The notes beneath the pieces were generated by a model. The model saw only the letters and a program-made list of their open reading frames with translations. It was not told the DNA's origin and did not search any database. From positions 54,560,001 to 54,624,000 of the forward strand of contig CM060734.1 in NCBI GenBank assembly GCA_030704615.1: a DNA stretch of 64,000 bases. Direction: 5' to 3'. This stretch comes from Takakia lepidozioides. Taxonomy: Eukaryota > Plantae > Bryophyta. Made by a program: the position numbers and the translations under genes. Of the stretch, positions 1 to 11,935 are shown piece after piece. The stretch's first letter is position 1. Every line of letters begins with the position of its first letter.

Positions 1-1213
1 GACCAACAGACTTTTCGAATTTGATGATATCCGGAGCGCAAATCGATCCGGCTGAAATACTTCGCTCTTGCCAACCGATTGAAGAGGTCATCGATCCTTG
101 GCAAAGGGTATCGGTTTTTGATAGTCACCTTATTCAGAGCCCTGTAATCGACACACATCCGCAGCGTCCCATCCTTCTTGTCTGCGAATAGCATCGGGGC
201 TCCGTAAGGTGACTTACTCGGCCAGATGTACCCCTTTGATATTAGATCCTTGAGTTGAGTCTTCAGCTTGACCAACTCTCTGTGGCTCAACCGGTAGGGT
301 GCCTTGGCAGGCGGCTCCGATCCCGGTATCACCTCAATTTTGTGGTCAACTCCTCTTCGCGGTGGCAAGCCGCTTGGTAAATCCTCCGGCATCACATCCT
401 GATATTTCTCCAAAATCCCCTTGATCCAATCTGGGCTCGGCTCCCCATCGCCTTTTTCCTTCACTTGTCTTACGTAAAGCAAAAACTGGGGCTCGTGTGG
501 CTCCTCCACGGCCCACTCCCTTGCTGACAGAAGGTTTATTCGCCCTCCCATGGGGTTGGGCGTTTCCGACACTCGTAAAACTTCGCCACCATTCCCACAC
601 GGTAGCGTGACTACTCTTTTGCGGCCATCTATGACCACTCCGGATCTGCTAAAAAAGGTCATCCCCAAAATGAGATCCACTCCATCGATCTCGCAAAAGG
701 TGAAGTTCTCACGTCCCTCCCAACTCCCGAACTGAAGAGGAACATCGAACGCCAACCTCGTCGTCAATTGTGGTTCTCCTTTAGCAGAACGCACCTCAAT
801 CGAGACCCCCACATCACTTGTCGGGAGTCCCAGCTTCCGTGCCGTTGCCGGTGTCATGAAGGAGTGCGACGCTCCTGTGTCCACCAACAACGATACGTTA
901 GTTCGGGAGATTATCCCACTCACAAACATTAACTGACTCCCTTTACGCAAGGCGCCAGTTTCCTGATACAACTCACAAGAGTAGTTGCCTACCTTGCAAG
1001 TCTTGGCGACCACCGCCTCCACCAAGCGGCTGATGGAGGCTTCGGATAACTCCATGGTTGCCCTAGTCATGTTCAATTGTCGGGGATTCGTGAACTTCTG
1101 GGCCATGTGCCCGGGCTCCCCACAATTAAAGCACGCTCCATCGAAGGTCGCCTTCTGTCCGCCATAAGCCGCCGCACCTGATTTTCCTTTCGGGGCGTCG
1201 GGTGTCGTCTTGA
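1..1213 (-). mobile_element. Chromovirus (Ty3/Gypsy) copy 0, internal part: end of gag (CCHC knuckle), aspartic protease, start of RT; continues left of window
   Basis: Near-identical to copies 1 and 2 ([11 protein letters not shown] protease, [19 protein letters not shown] on the minus strand). It stops abruptly at the CACTA terminus and resumes at 32297. Confidence 0.95.
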
Positions 1214-1465
1214 CACTACTACAAAAACCGATTTTTCCAACACCACCCATAGTTCACACCTGGCACTTTGAACAGCTCCTCTTACACCCATGTGAGAGGA
1301 GGCAAGGTGTGATCTGGACCATTGTAGGAAAACCCACATGGTGTTACAAATTTCACACTCGAATGACACCCATACGGTCAACGGGTGTTGACCAAGATAA
1401 TGCATATGGGGCATTTGACATGAGTGTGAAATGAGTCATGGAGTGTGAGGTTAGTGTGAGATGTC
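1214..1465 (+). repeat. CACTA left TIR (1214-1241) plus subterminal TCACAC/GTGTGA repeats
   Basis: CACTA start; several ttcacac/gtgtga motifs in both orientations. Confidence 0.85.
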
Positions 1466-2466
1466 CTACAGGAATTTGGGGCAACTATATGGCGTGGCAC
1501 ATTGACCATCCAGGTGGAAGATAGATGGATGAAATGACTTCCACCTCTATTCAACATGCCTTGGACGACATAACACATAGACTTTTGTTTAGAGAATTTA
1601 AAAGTTCAAAAATGTTATTAGGGTTATGGGGTCTGCATGTAGAGGGCTATGGGACTTGTAGTTTTTCTTTGCCGGCTCGTTTAGAATCTGAATGCCCACC
1701 AGTGCAGGCCATCCATTTAAGTTGATGCCAAAATGCATTTTCATCCAAACATCAAAGCTCTCAAAATAGACAACCTCAAGTAAAATGAGAAGGAGATTGG
1801 CAGAACCGAAAGGGCATAGAATTCTCTTCAATATTGAACACTGCCTGCAACTATTGGCTATAACTTGCCCTCTGTCCTGTCACATATAATCCCTTCGGGA
1901 ACCAACAATCCAAAAAGATGCACTGCTCATGCAGCTGACGACAATATCGTTATGAGAATGTCACATTATAATCAACAATGTACAACAATTGCTTTGAGAA
2001 GCTATAGATAAAACTACCTCATGTCGTCTCAGAGATTTGTGAGCGCCAAAAATGTCAATCCCATTTCTGTCCAGTCAACCTTGACATGCAGTTCGGGACA
2101 CGCAGCAGAGAGGGCGTAGGCGCATGTGCACAACAACCCTAGGCCCCTCACAATGAGACAGTCTGAAGCTGAGCTGAGCACGAATTTCAATCTCTACTAG
2201 TCCAACCGTACTAGAGAAATATCCAGTGATCCTCAGACAAGGCTTTCTTCACCACCTTACAAAAATTGTTCCCAATGACTACCTCCCGTCCACATTGTTG
2301 CTTGATGTCGAGAAGCTTGGACAAAGTGCCTTGCTCTTTGTGACTGGCTCCCTTTTTGAGACAGCAGGGTTTTTTTTTACGGGTGTACTTCACTCACAAC
2401 CGTCTTTTTTACACTACGTCCGGGATATCAATGATCACCCCAGCCTGAATTTTGCCCCACCCTATC

Positions 2467-3192
2467 TGTCGCGGCCCTTTGCCTTGAGGGCAGGGGGTCG
2501 GGACACATGAGGGGCTGCCCCTGTGGTGGGGGCAGTGGAAGCGATAGGTATGGGGGGCTGAAGCACCCTTGAGTGCCCAAGGCACTCAGGGAAGCGGAGG
2601 CGCTCACTAGGTGGAGCCCCGCACACCGGGTTGCGGTGGGGGTGGCTCCACAAGGGGTGGTGGTAGCTTAGCGGGACTTAGTGGGGGTGGCATAGGACTC
2701 ACCATGGGAGCGGAGACCTCGTGGTGGGAGTCGTGGGGAGTCTTGGGACTCATCGCGGTCCATAGGGGCCGTGGTGAGCGGGCCAAAACTCACCGCGACT
2801 CATCACCGGGAGTCGAGGGTTTTCGTGGTGGTTCGCCATAAAATGGCATGGCTGGTTGTGAAACCCCCGCGGACAGCTACAGAAGTATATATAGGGAGTA
2901 GTAACCCCGAGAACGGTGCAAGCCCGTTGGTGACCAAAAACTAGTGAGTAAGCGAGCGAGCCGGAAAGCGACCAAAGAGTGGGGAGCTGTTCCGGACTGC
3001 CATCTACCAAAGGGAATTCTCCTAGTCCCAAATAGGTGGAGGGTTTAGTGGGAAGCGAAGGGGGACCGTTATGTCCCAGTGAGCAGCCGAAGCTCCAAGT
3101 TGGCCCGGGCGGCCAGGTTGGGAGTCAGGCGCGCGCATCAAAGCGAGTAACTATGACTTGAAGGGGAGCTTACCGAAGTGAGGTGCGCGACA
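2467..3192 (+). repeat. 5' LTR of copy 1 (726 bp)
   Basis: TGTCGCGGCCC...GGTGCGCGACA. It differs from the 3' LTR at about 10 substitutions and 2 indels by eye. TATA-like gtatatataggg at ~2885. Confidence 0.95.
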
Positions 3193-3194
3193 CT

Positions 3195-3206
3195 TGGTAT
3201 CAGAGC
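3195..3206 (+). promoter_or_regulatory. Primer binding site (tRNA-iMet)
   Basis: TGGTATCAGAGC 2 nt after the LTR end. Confidence 0.93.
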
Positions 3207-3247
3207 TTAGAGTTCAGTACGCGATCGTCCTTGGGATTGGCCTCATC

Positions 3248-6200
3248 ATGGGGTCGGGCAAGCCGAAGCGAAAGCGGAACGGCCCAAAAGATGATGATCC
3301 CGGTGAGCCCGATGGGGGCGGCGTGTCACCGAGGCGGCCGTTTGAGGAAGCGATGCATGTTTCCGAAAACGAGGCCGCCCAAGAGCGGGAGGAATCCGAG
3401 GAGTCGGAGCCCGAGGAATCCTTGAGAGCTCCGACAAACCAAGAGATGCCTCCCATGTCGGCAGCCTTTTGGGAAGGGTTGTTGGCGCAGTTTGGCGGGA
3501 CGTTGAAAGACGTGTTGAAGGCGGCTAATGCCACTTCCGCTAAGGCAAAGTTTAAGGTGAAGCCTAAGGAACCCGGCACCTTCGAGGGCGTCCGAAATCG
3601 GAAGGCACTCAACACCTGGCTCTTGGAGCTAGAGCAGTACTTCCGGGCGGCCAAGTTGAGTGACGAGGATCGGGTGGAAGTGGCTCCCACCTATTTGAGG
3701 GGCTATGCTCAACAATGGTGGCAGAAACGCCTTCACGACCGAGGTCCAAGTCCGGAAACCTTGAACTGGAGTGGGTTCAAAGAATTGATGAAGAGACAGT
3801 TTGTGCCCCTCAACGCGTCCTGGCTTGCCCGGGACAAGATGAGGAATTTGAAGCAAACAGATGACATTCGGGGGTATGTCCAGGCTTTCAATGTGCTGTT
3901 GCTCGAAGTCGCGGACATGGCAGAACCAGAAATGGTCTTCAACTTTGTGGCGGGACTGGCCCCATGGGCCAGGCGGAAGTTGGAGGAGAAGCCACCCAAG
4001 ACTTTGAACGAGGCAATTGAGAGGGCTGAATGTTTCTCGGATGTCCCTAGGGGTGAGAGACAAGCCGTACGGAGCTGAACCACAAGAAGACCCGGCGGGA
4101 AGGTGACTCCTTCCGACCGGAAAAGAAGTAGGATAGGCCACGCGGCGACAATGGCACGTGGAAATCGAAGGGAGGGCCTTCACACGTCAAGGCGGCACCC
4201 GGTGCTTCGAAAGGAAAAGCGGGTGGAGCGGCTTATGGCGGACAGAAGGCGACCTTTGATGGAGTGTGTTTCAATTGCGGGGAGCCCGGGCACATGGCCA
4301 AGAAGTGCACGAAGCCCCGGCAATTGAACATGACTCGGGCGACCACGGAGCTGTCGGAAGATACCATCAGTCGCGTGGTGGAAGCGGTGGTCGCCAGGAC
4401 TTGCAAGGTAGGCAAATTTTCTTGTGAGTTGTATCAGGAAACCGGCGCCTTACGAAAAGGGAGTCAGTTATTGTTCGTGGATGGGATAATATCCGGAACT
4501 AATGTGTCGTTGTTGGTGGACACAGGAGCGTCGCACTCCTTCATGACACCGGCAACGGCACAAAAGCTGGGACTCCCGACAAGTGACGTGGGGGCCTCTA
4601 TTGAGGTGCGCTCTGCCAAAGGAGAACCACAGTTGGCGACAAGGTTGGCGTTTGATGTTCCTCTTCAACTGGGGAGTTGGGAGGGACGTGAGAACTTCAC
4701 CATCTGCGAGATCGATGGAGTAGATCTCATTTTGGGATGACCTTTTTGAACAAATCCGGAGCGGTCATAGATGGCCGCAAGAGAGTAGTCACGCTGCCAT
4801 GTGGGAATGGTGGCGAGGTCTTACGAGTGTCGGAAACGCCCAAATCCGTAGGAGGGCGAATAAACCTTCTGTCAGCAAGGGAGTGGGCCGTGGAGGAAGC
4901 ACACGAGCCCCAATTTTTGCTTTACATTAGAGAAGTGAAGAGAGAAGGCGATGGGGAGCCGAGCCCAGATTGGATCAAGGGGATTTTGGAGAAATACCAG
5001 GATGTGATGCCGGAGGATTTACCAAGCGGCTTGCCACCGCGAAGAGGAGTTGACCACAAGATTGAGGTGATACCGGGATCGGAACCGCCTGCCAAGGCGC
5101 CCTACCGGTTGAGCCACAGAGAGTTGGTCGAGCTGAAGACTCAGCTCAAGGATCTAATGTCAAAGGGTACATCCGGCCGAGTAAGTCACCTTACGGAGCC
5201 CCGGTGCTATTCGCAGACAAGAAGGATGGGACGCTGCGGATGTGTGTTGATTACAGGGCTTTGAATAAGGTGACTATTAAAAACCGGTACCCTTTGCCAG
5301 GGATCGACGACCTTTTCGACCGGTTGGCAGGAGCGAAGTATTTCAGCCGGATCGACTTGCGCTCCGGCTATCATCAAATTCGGGTGGCGGAAGGAGATGA
5401 GGAGAAGACCGCGTGCAGGACAAGGTATGGTTCATATGAGTTCTTGGTGATGCCTTTTGGGCTCACCAATGCACCAGCGACATTTAGCACGCTGATGAAC
5501 AGCCTTTTTCAGGAGTGGTTGGATGACTTTGTGATCGTGTACATCGACGACATCTTGGTGTACTCGAAAACAAAGGAGGAGCACCTGGAGCACCTCAAAA
5601 GGGTGTTCCAAAAATTGCGAGAAGGGAAGCTGTATGCCAAAGCTTCAAAGTGCGAATTCGGGGTCACGAAAGTGGAGTTCTTGGGGCATGTGATTACACA
5701 GGATGGGATCAAAATGGATGACAAAAAGGTGAGGGCGATCTTGGACTGGGAGCCTCCGACTTCGGTCTCGGGAGTGCGTTCCTTCCTAGGACTCGCCTCC
5801 TATTACCGGAAGTATGTGAGAAATTTCGCCAAGATCGCGGGGCCGCTGTCAGACCTTCTGTGTAAATCTAAAGTCTGGGCATGGAACACCTTTTGTGGCC
5901 AAGCTTTTGCTGAATTGAAGCAGCGGATGGCGGAAGCTCCAGTCTTGAAAATCCCGGAGTTCGATCGTCCGTTCGAGATACATACAGATGCGTCGGACTT
6001 CGCGATTGGGGGTGTACTGATGCAAGATGGACGTCCAGTGGCTTACGAAAGTAAGAAACTGAATGAAGTGGAGCGACGGTGGCCGACGCACGAGAAAGAG
6101 ATGAAGGCGGTGGTGCACTGTCTTGAGCTCTGGCGCCACTATGTTGGTTCCAACCCAGTGAAGGTGTTCACGGACAATGTCACGGTGAAGTATTTTGCCA

Positions 6201-7806
6201 CGCAGCCCAAGTTGTCCCCAAAACAACTTAGGTGGCAAGATACTTTGGCGGTGTTCAACGTGGATATCCAGTACAAACCGGGACGAGACAACGTGGTGGC
6301 CGATGCTTTAAGTAGAAAGCAGCAGCTCTTGTTGGTGTACAAGGGCGAGACGGCGCTCCAAAGGAAGATCCGGAAGGCTTGCCGGAAGGATGAGCTGGCA
6401 AAGTCCGTGATGCAGGACTTGAGAATGGGGGTTAAATCGCAGTTCCACTTGCAAAATGGGATGCTCCGGTATAAGCAAAAGCGTCTCTACATGCCGAAGG
6501 GAGGGATCAGAGATAGCCTCTTGAGAGAATGCCATGATAGCCCGCTTGCGGGCCACGGCGGAGCCAAGCGCACTGCGGCACTCTTGAAGAAAGAGTATTT
6601 CTGGCCCAAACTGAGGGAGGAGGCAGAGGAGTATATCAAGACATGCACCACATGCCAACAAAACCGGAGCGAGTACAAAAAGCAAGCGGGGCTGTTACAA
6701 CCCTTGCCGATTCCAGAGGGGACTTGGGAAAGCGTCTCGATGGATTTCATGACTGCTATGCCGCTGTCAAAAGGATTCGATGCTATCATGGTGGTGGTGG
6801 ATAGGTTCAGTAAAATGGGCCATTTCATCCCCACCAAGGAGACGGCAACGGCGCAGGAGACATGGCGACTTTACTTCGCCCACGTCTTAAAGCATCATGG
6901 AGTCCCAAAGGATATTGTCTCGGACCGCGATCCAAAGTTTACGAGTAAATTCTGGAGAGCACTTTGGAAGAAGATGGGGACGAGGCTGAAGATGAGCACC
7001 GCCTTCCGACCTACGACCGACGGCCAAACAGAAAGAGTGAATTCCGTAGTGAAGCACATCTTGCGGAATTAAGTGTCAGCAGACCAAACAGACTGGGTGG
7101 AACACTTAGACGCGGCAGAGTTCTATTATAATAACACAGAACACTCCGCAACGGGAGTTTCCCCTTTCGTATTGGTCTATGGAAAAGCACCTCTGGTGCC
7201 GACAAGTTGGGCCGCCCAGGACGTTGAGGAACCGGAAGTAGCGGCGGTACTGGAAGAACGCGAGCGTTTGTTGAAGCTCGCAAAGTACAACATTGCCAAA
7301 GCTAGGAAACGGTATGAAAGGCAGGCGAATCAGAAGCGGAGGGAAGTGAAGTTTGAGGCAGGCACGGAGGTCTGGTTGAACATCAAGAATTTCGACTACC
7401 TCCGGAAGTGAGTCCGAAGTTCGTACCTCCGTATGCGGGTCCCTTTTGCATTCGGAAGGTTATGAATGAGGATGTGTATGAATTGGAGCTGCCGGCAAAC
7501 AGCAAGGTGCACCCAGTATTCCATGTCTCCCTTTTGAAGCCTTACTTCAAAGATGAAGCACGTCCGAATCGGCATCAAGTGTTGCGTCCGCCACCTATGC
7601 TGTTGGATCATGAAAATGAACCTGAGTACGAGGTGGAGGCAATACTTAAGTCGAGGAGGTTCAAGAACCGAGAAACAGAGTATCTCGTCAAATGGAAGGG
7701 CTATCATCATGTGGAGGCATCTTGGGTGCGTGCCTCAGAAATGGGAAACGCATCCGAGGCGGTTGCAGCTTTCGAAGGGCGACCTCAAAAGCGGAAGAAG
7801 CGTTGA
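3248..7806 (+). pseudogene. gag-pol of copy 1, disrupted by frameshifts and stops
   Basis: Gag (WLLELEQYF...AQQWW), [14 protein letters not shown] knuckle, VDTGAS protease, [15 protein letters not shown] RNase H, HHCC and SMDF...SDRD integrase, and a C-terminal chromodomain [11 protein letters not shown]...YLVKWKGY, split over ORFs 3194-4078, 4264-4740, 4737-5264, 5204-7072, 7073-7411 and 7408-7806. Confidence 0.95.
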
Positions 7807-8715
7807 TGGGGACATCAACCTTGGAGCGTGGGGGAGGAAATGCATGCTTAGCCCGGCTTAGCTAGCTTAGGGATCCGATTACAAAAACTTGTATTGTACA
7901 AAAAAAATTGTTATAAAGGAAATGGGTTCCAAATGTTGTGCGTCCTATTTTGTTTGGAATGGTGATGCATGTTATGGTTGGCTAGTGTGTAGAATGCATG
8001 CTAGCTTATAAAAGTGGGAGAGGTAAATTGGGTTAATCGTGTGTTTGCGTAGTGCCGAAATCGGGTGACCCCCATCCAAGGGGCAAGGAAACTTGCGCCT
8101 TTCTTTGGGAGTTCACGTGCTAGTGCGCACCTGGCGCATGCGCGTACTATAACTACGCTACCGAGGGGGTTGTCTTGTAGTGCGGGCTAACGCGGAAGCT
8201 ACGTGCTTCCGTTCACGTACTATAATCGTGTAGCCTCGGGACGAAGTCATAGTGCGGCTTCGGCGTGTTCCCGTACCTCAGGCCAGCATTCCAAGGCGGA
8301 CCCAATTGTAGTGATTGGGGCGCACGGTTGGTTCAAGGTTATCTTCCTAGTCAAAGAGGGTTCCAGGTGAACCCTTGCTCAAGGTGATGCCAACAGCGGC
8401 ATCATGAGCGATCGCAAGCAATGTTGTTGCAGTAAGGCGATTCGATCCTCGGGGAGGATCGTTCCTTGGCCTTGAAGTAGGCCAAGAAGAGTGCACTGGG
8501 AGGAGCTGGAGGGGCTCCACCCTTGGCCGGGACTTGGAGGAAGTCGGCCGAACTAGCTAGTGGAGAGTAGAGTCAAGTGTGGGGTTTGGTTCTTTGCCAT
8601 GGGACGCCATGGTACGGAAACAAACTCCTTGATGTGGGACGCCACAACTTGGATGTTTGTTTCTACAAAATGGACAAGTCGATGAGGACATCGACTCCCT
8701 GTTGGTAGGGGTGTG

Positions 8716-9439
8716 TGTCGCGGCCCTTTGCCTTGAGGGCAGGGGGTTGGGACACATGAGGTGCTGCCCCTGTGGTGGGGGCAGCGGCAGCGATAGGTAT
8801 GGGGGGCTGAAGCACCCTTGAGTGCCCAAGGCACTCAGGGAAGCGGAGGCGCTCACTAGGTGGAGCCCCGCACACCGGGTTGCGGTGGGGTGGCTCCACA
8901 AGGGGTGGTGGTAGCTTAGCGGGACTTAGTGGGGGTGGCATAGGACTCACCATGGGAGCGGAGACCTCGTGGTGGGAGTCGTATGGAGTCTTGGGACTCA
9001 TCGCGGTCCATAGGGGCCGTGGTGAGCGGGCCAAAACTCACCGCGACTCATCACCGGGAGTCGAGGGTTTTCGTGGTGGTTCGCCATAAAATGGCATGGC
9101 TGGTTGTGAAACCCCCGCGGACAGCTACAGAAGTATATATAGGGAGTAGTAACCCCGAGAACGGTGCAAGCCCGTTGGTGACCAAAAACTAGTGAGTAAG
9201 CGAGCGAGCCGGAAAGCGACCAAAGAGTGGGGAGCTGTTCCGGACTGCCATCTACCAAAGGGAACTCTCCTAGTCCCAAATAGGTGGAGGGTTTAGTGGG
9301 AAGCGAAGGGGGACCGTTATGTCCCGGTGAGCAGCCGAAGCTCCGAGTTGGCCCGGCGGCCAGGTTGGGAGTCAGGCGCGCGCATCAAAGCGAGTAACTA
9401 TGACTTGAAGGGGAGCTTACTGAAGTGAGGTGCGCGACA
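8716..9439 (+). repeat. 3' LTR of copy 1 (724 bp)
   Basis: Direct repeat of 2467-3192, preceded by purine-rich tggtaggggtgtg (PPT-like). Confidence 0.95.
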
Positions 9440-9544
9440 CTATCAAGCGCCAGTGTTTTTTAACTAGTGCTTTTCAACTCATCTGCTGAGGGTCCCACTT
9501 TCTCCCCTCTACTGGTACATGTCAAAATCACTCCAAGAGCCATA

Positions 9545-11510
9545 GTGTTGGAAAACTGCCTTCGCATCCTTGATGCTCCCACATTTGTCATACATGTCCA
9601 CGAGGGCACTGTCCAGAATCACAATCAGGTACAATTCCAGCTTTGACAATGAAACCATGGACCTGATCTTCCCTTTTCCAGAGTTGGCAAGCTTGCCCTT
9701 GATGCTCCCACATTTGGCGTACATGTCCACGAGGGCATTGTTCAGAATCACATCAGGTACAATTCCAGCTTTGATAATGAAACCATGGACCTCTTCCCTT
9801 TTCCAGAGCTGTCAGGCTTGCCCTTCATGCTGACACATTTGGCATACATGTCCACGAGGGCATTGTCCAGAATCACATCAGGTATAATTCCAGCTTTGAC
9901 AAATGAAACCATGGACCTCTTCCCTTTTCCAGAGCTGCCAGGCTTGCCCTTGATGCTCCCACATTTGGCATACATGTCCACAATTGGCATACATGTCCAC
10001 GAGAGCATTGTCAGTCAGGTACAATTCTAGCTTTGACAATGAAACCATGGACCTGATCGGAACCTTTTCCAGAGCTGGCAGGCTTGCCATTGATGCTCCC
10101 ATGTTTGGCATACATGTCCACGAGGGCATTGTCCAAAATCACAATCACGTACAATGCAAGCTTTGACAATGAAACCATAGACCTGATCTTCCATTTTCCA
10201 GAGCTGGCAGGCTTGCCCTTGATGCCCCCACATTTGGCGTACATGTCCACGAGGGCATTGTTCAGAATCACATCAGGTACAATTCCACCTTTGACAATGA
10301 AACCATGGACCTCTTCCCTTTTCCAGAGCTGCCAGGCTTGCCCTTCATGCTGACACATTTGGCATACATGTCCACGAGGGCATTGTCTCAAATCACATCA
10401 GGTATAATTCTAGCTTTGACAATGAAACCATGGACCTCTTTCTTTTTTCAGAGCTGGCAGGCTTGCCCTTGATGCTCCCACATTTGGCATACATGTCCAC
10501 AAGGGCATTGTCCAAAATCACAATCAGGTACAATTCCAGCTTTGACAATGAAACCATGGACCTGATCAGAACCTTTTCCAGAGCTGGCAAGCTTGCCATT
10601 GATGCTCCCACGTTTGGCATACATGTCCACGAGGGCATTGTCCATAATCACAATCACGTACAATGCAAGCTTTGACAATGAAACCATAGACCTGATCTTC
10701 CCTTTCCCAGAGCTGGCAGGCTTGCCCTTCATGCTCCCACATTTGGCATACATGTCCACGAGGGCATTGTCCACAATCACAATCACCTACAATGCAAGCT
10801 TTGACAATGAAACCATAGACCTGATCTTCCCTTTCCCAGAGCTGGCAGGCTTGCCCTTCATGCTCCCACATTTGGCATACATGTCCACAAGGGCATTGTC
10901 CAGAATCACAATCAGGTACAATTCCAGCTTAGACAATGAAACCACGGACTTGATCTTCCCTTTTCCAGAGCTGGCAGGCTTGCCCTTGATGCTCCCACAT
11001 TTGGTATCCCTAAAGCATGGACCTAATCTTCCCTTTTCCAGAGCTGCCAGGCTTGCCCTTCATGCTAACACATTTGGCATACATGTCCACGAGGGCATTG
11101 TCCAGAATCACATCAGGTACAATTCCAGCTTTGACAATGAAACCATGGACCCGATCTTCCCTTTTTCAGAGCTCCCAGGCTTGCCCTTCATGCTGAAACA
11201 TTTGGCATACATGTCCACGAGGGCATTGTCTCGAATCACATCAGGTATAATTCTAGCTTTGACAATGAAACCATGGACCTCTTCCCTTTTCCAGAGCTGC
11301 CAAGCTTGCCCTTGATGCTCGCACATTTGGCATACTTGTCCACGAGGGCATTGTCCACAATCACAATCAGGTACAATTCCAGCTTTGACAATGAAACCAT
11401 GGACCTGATCAGAACCTTTTCCAGAGCTGGCAGGCTTGCCCTTGATGCTCCCACATTTGGCATACATATCCACGAGGGCATTGTTCAAATCACATCAGGT
11501 ACAATTCCAA
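9545..11510 (-). repeat. Tandem array (~15-16 units of ~125-130 bp) derived from a PLS-PPR L/S motif junction
   Basis: Units recur (gagggcattg anchors at about 9602, 9731, 9856, 10001, 10122, 10251, 10376, 10501, 10631, 10760, 10889, 11091, 11219, 11344, 11474). They translate on the minus strand, with frameshifts, as ...[35 protein letters not shown]. Confidence 0.92.
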
Positions 11511-11635
11511 AAATGTGGCCCTCTTGGATGAATCTGGGCCCACACTCTATCCCTGCTCCTTCAGCTATCCATGCCTCTCACAAATCATGCATACATCTTT
11601 GCCTTGCTGGTAGCAACTGACAATAACAGCCTACA
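11511..11635 (-). pseudogene. Captured intron end plus start of exon (IHPRGP) of a PDF-PPR gene paralogous to the gene at 48.5-52.8 kb
   Basis: Minus strand ...gctaccagcaaggc...ggatagctgaaggagcagggatagagtgtgggcccag|attcatccaagagggccac aligns with 48841-48965 (gctagcagcaagggc...ggctcaaggaggcagggatggattgggtgtccag|attcatccaagagggccag). Confidence 0.85.
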
Positions 11636-11935
11636 TTTGTTCTAGGAAACACCCAACTCAACTTCTCACACTAGTTCCTATGCTCAATTGCATCTGCTAC
11701 TCTCTATAATCCAACATGCATTCACCTTTTTGCCACAATTGGCCCACCATTGACTAGGGTCAGAAAAGTATGCAGGCCACAACTCCATGACTGTTTAGGG
11801 TTCACTGTCACAAATGAAAGTGTGTTTGTCAGAATTTTGCCCACCCCAACAGCTCAGTCACTCCCACCCATGCAAGGTACCATGCTGTATCAAGTCTAAA
11901 CCCTGGAAAAATACATGCAATAGCAGAAACCAACT

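Larger units (their letters stand above)
2467..9439 (+). mobile_element. Full-length chromovirus LTR retrotransposon copy 1
   Basis: TG...CA termini, 5-bp TSD CTATC (2462-2466 / 9440-9444), two LTRs, tRNA-Met PBS, gag-PR-RT-RH-INT-chromodomain order. Confidence 0.97.

Noticed and set aside
2462-3031. Small ORFs repeated in each LTR
   Set aside because: They recur only because the LTRs are repeats; GC-rich chance ORFs.
7807-8715. env-like or extra ORF in the chromovirus 3' region
   Set aside because: Only short ORFs are present in either copy, with no recognisable domain.
9545-11510. CRISPR-like or coding PPR array
   Set aside because: There are no unique spacers, the units are PPR-derived, unit lengths are mostly not multiples of 3, and no P motifs are present, so it is neither CRISPR nor a functional PPR ORF.
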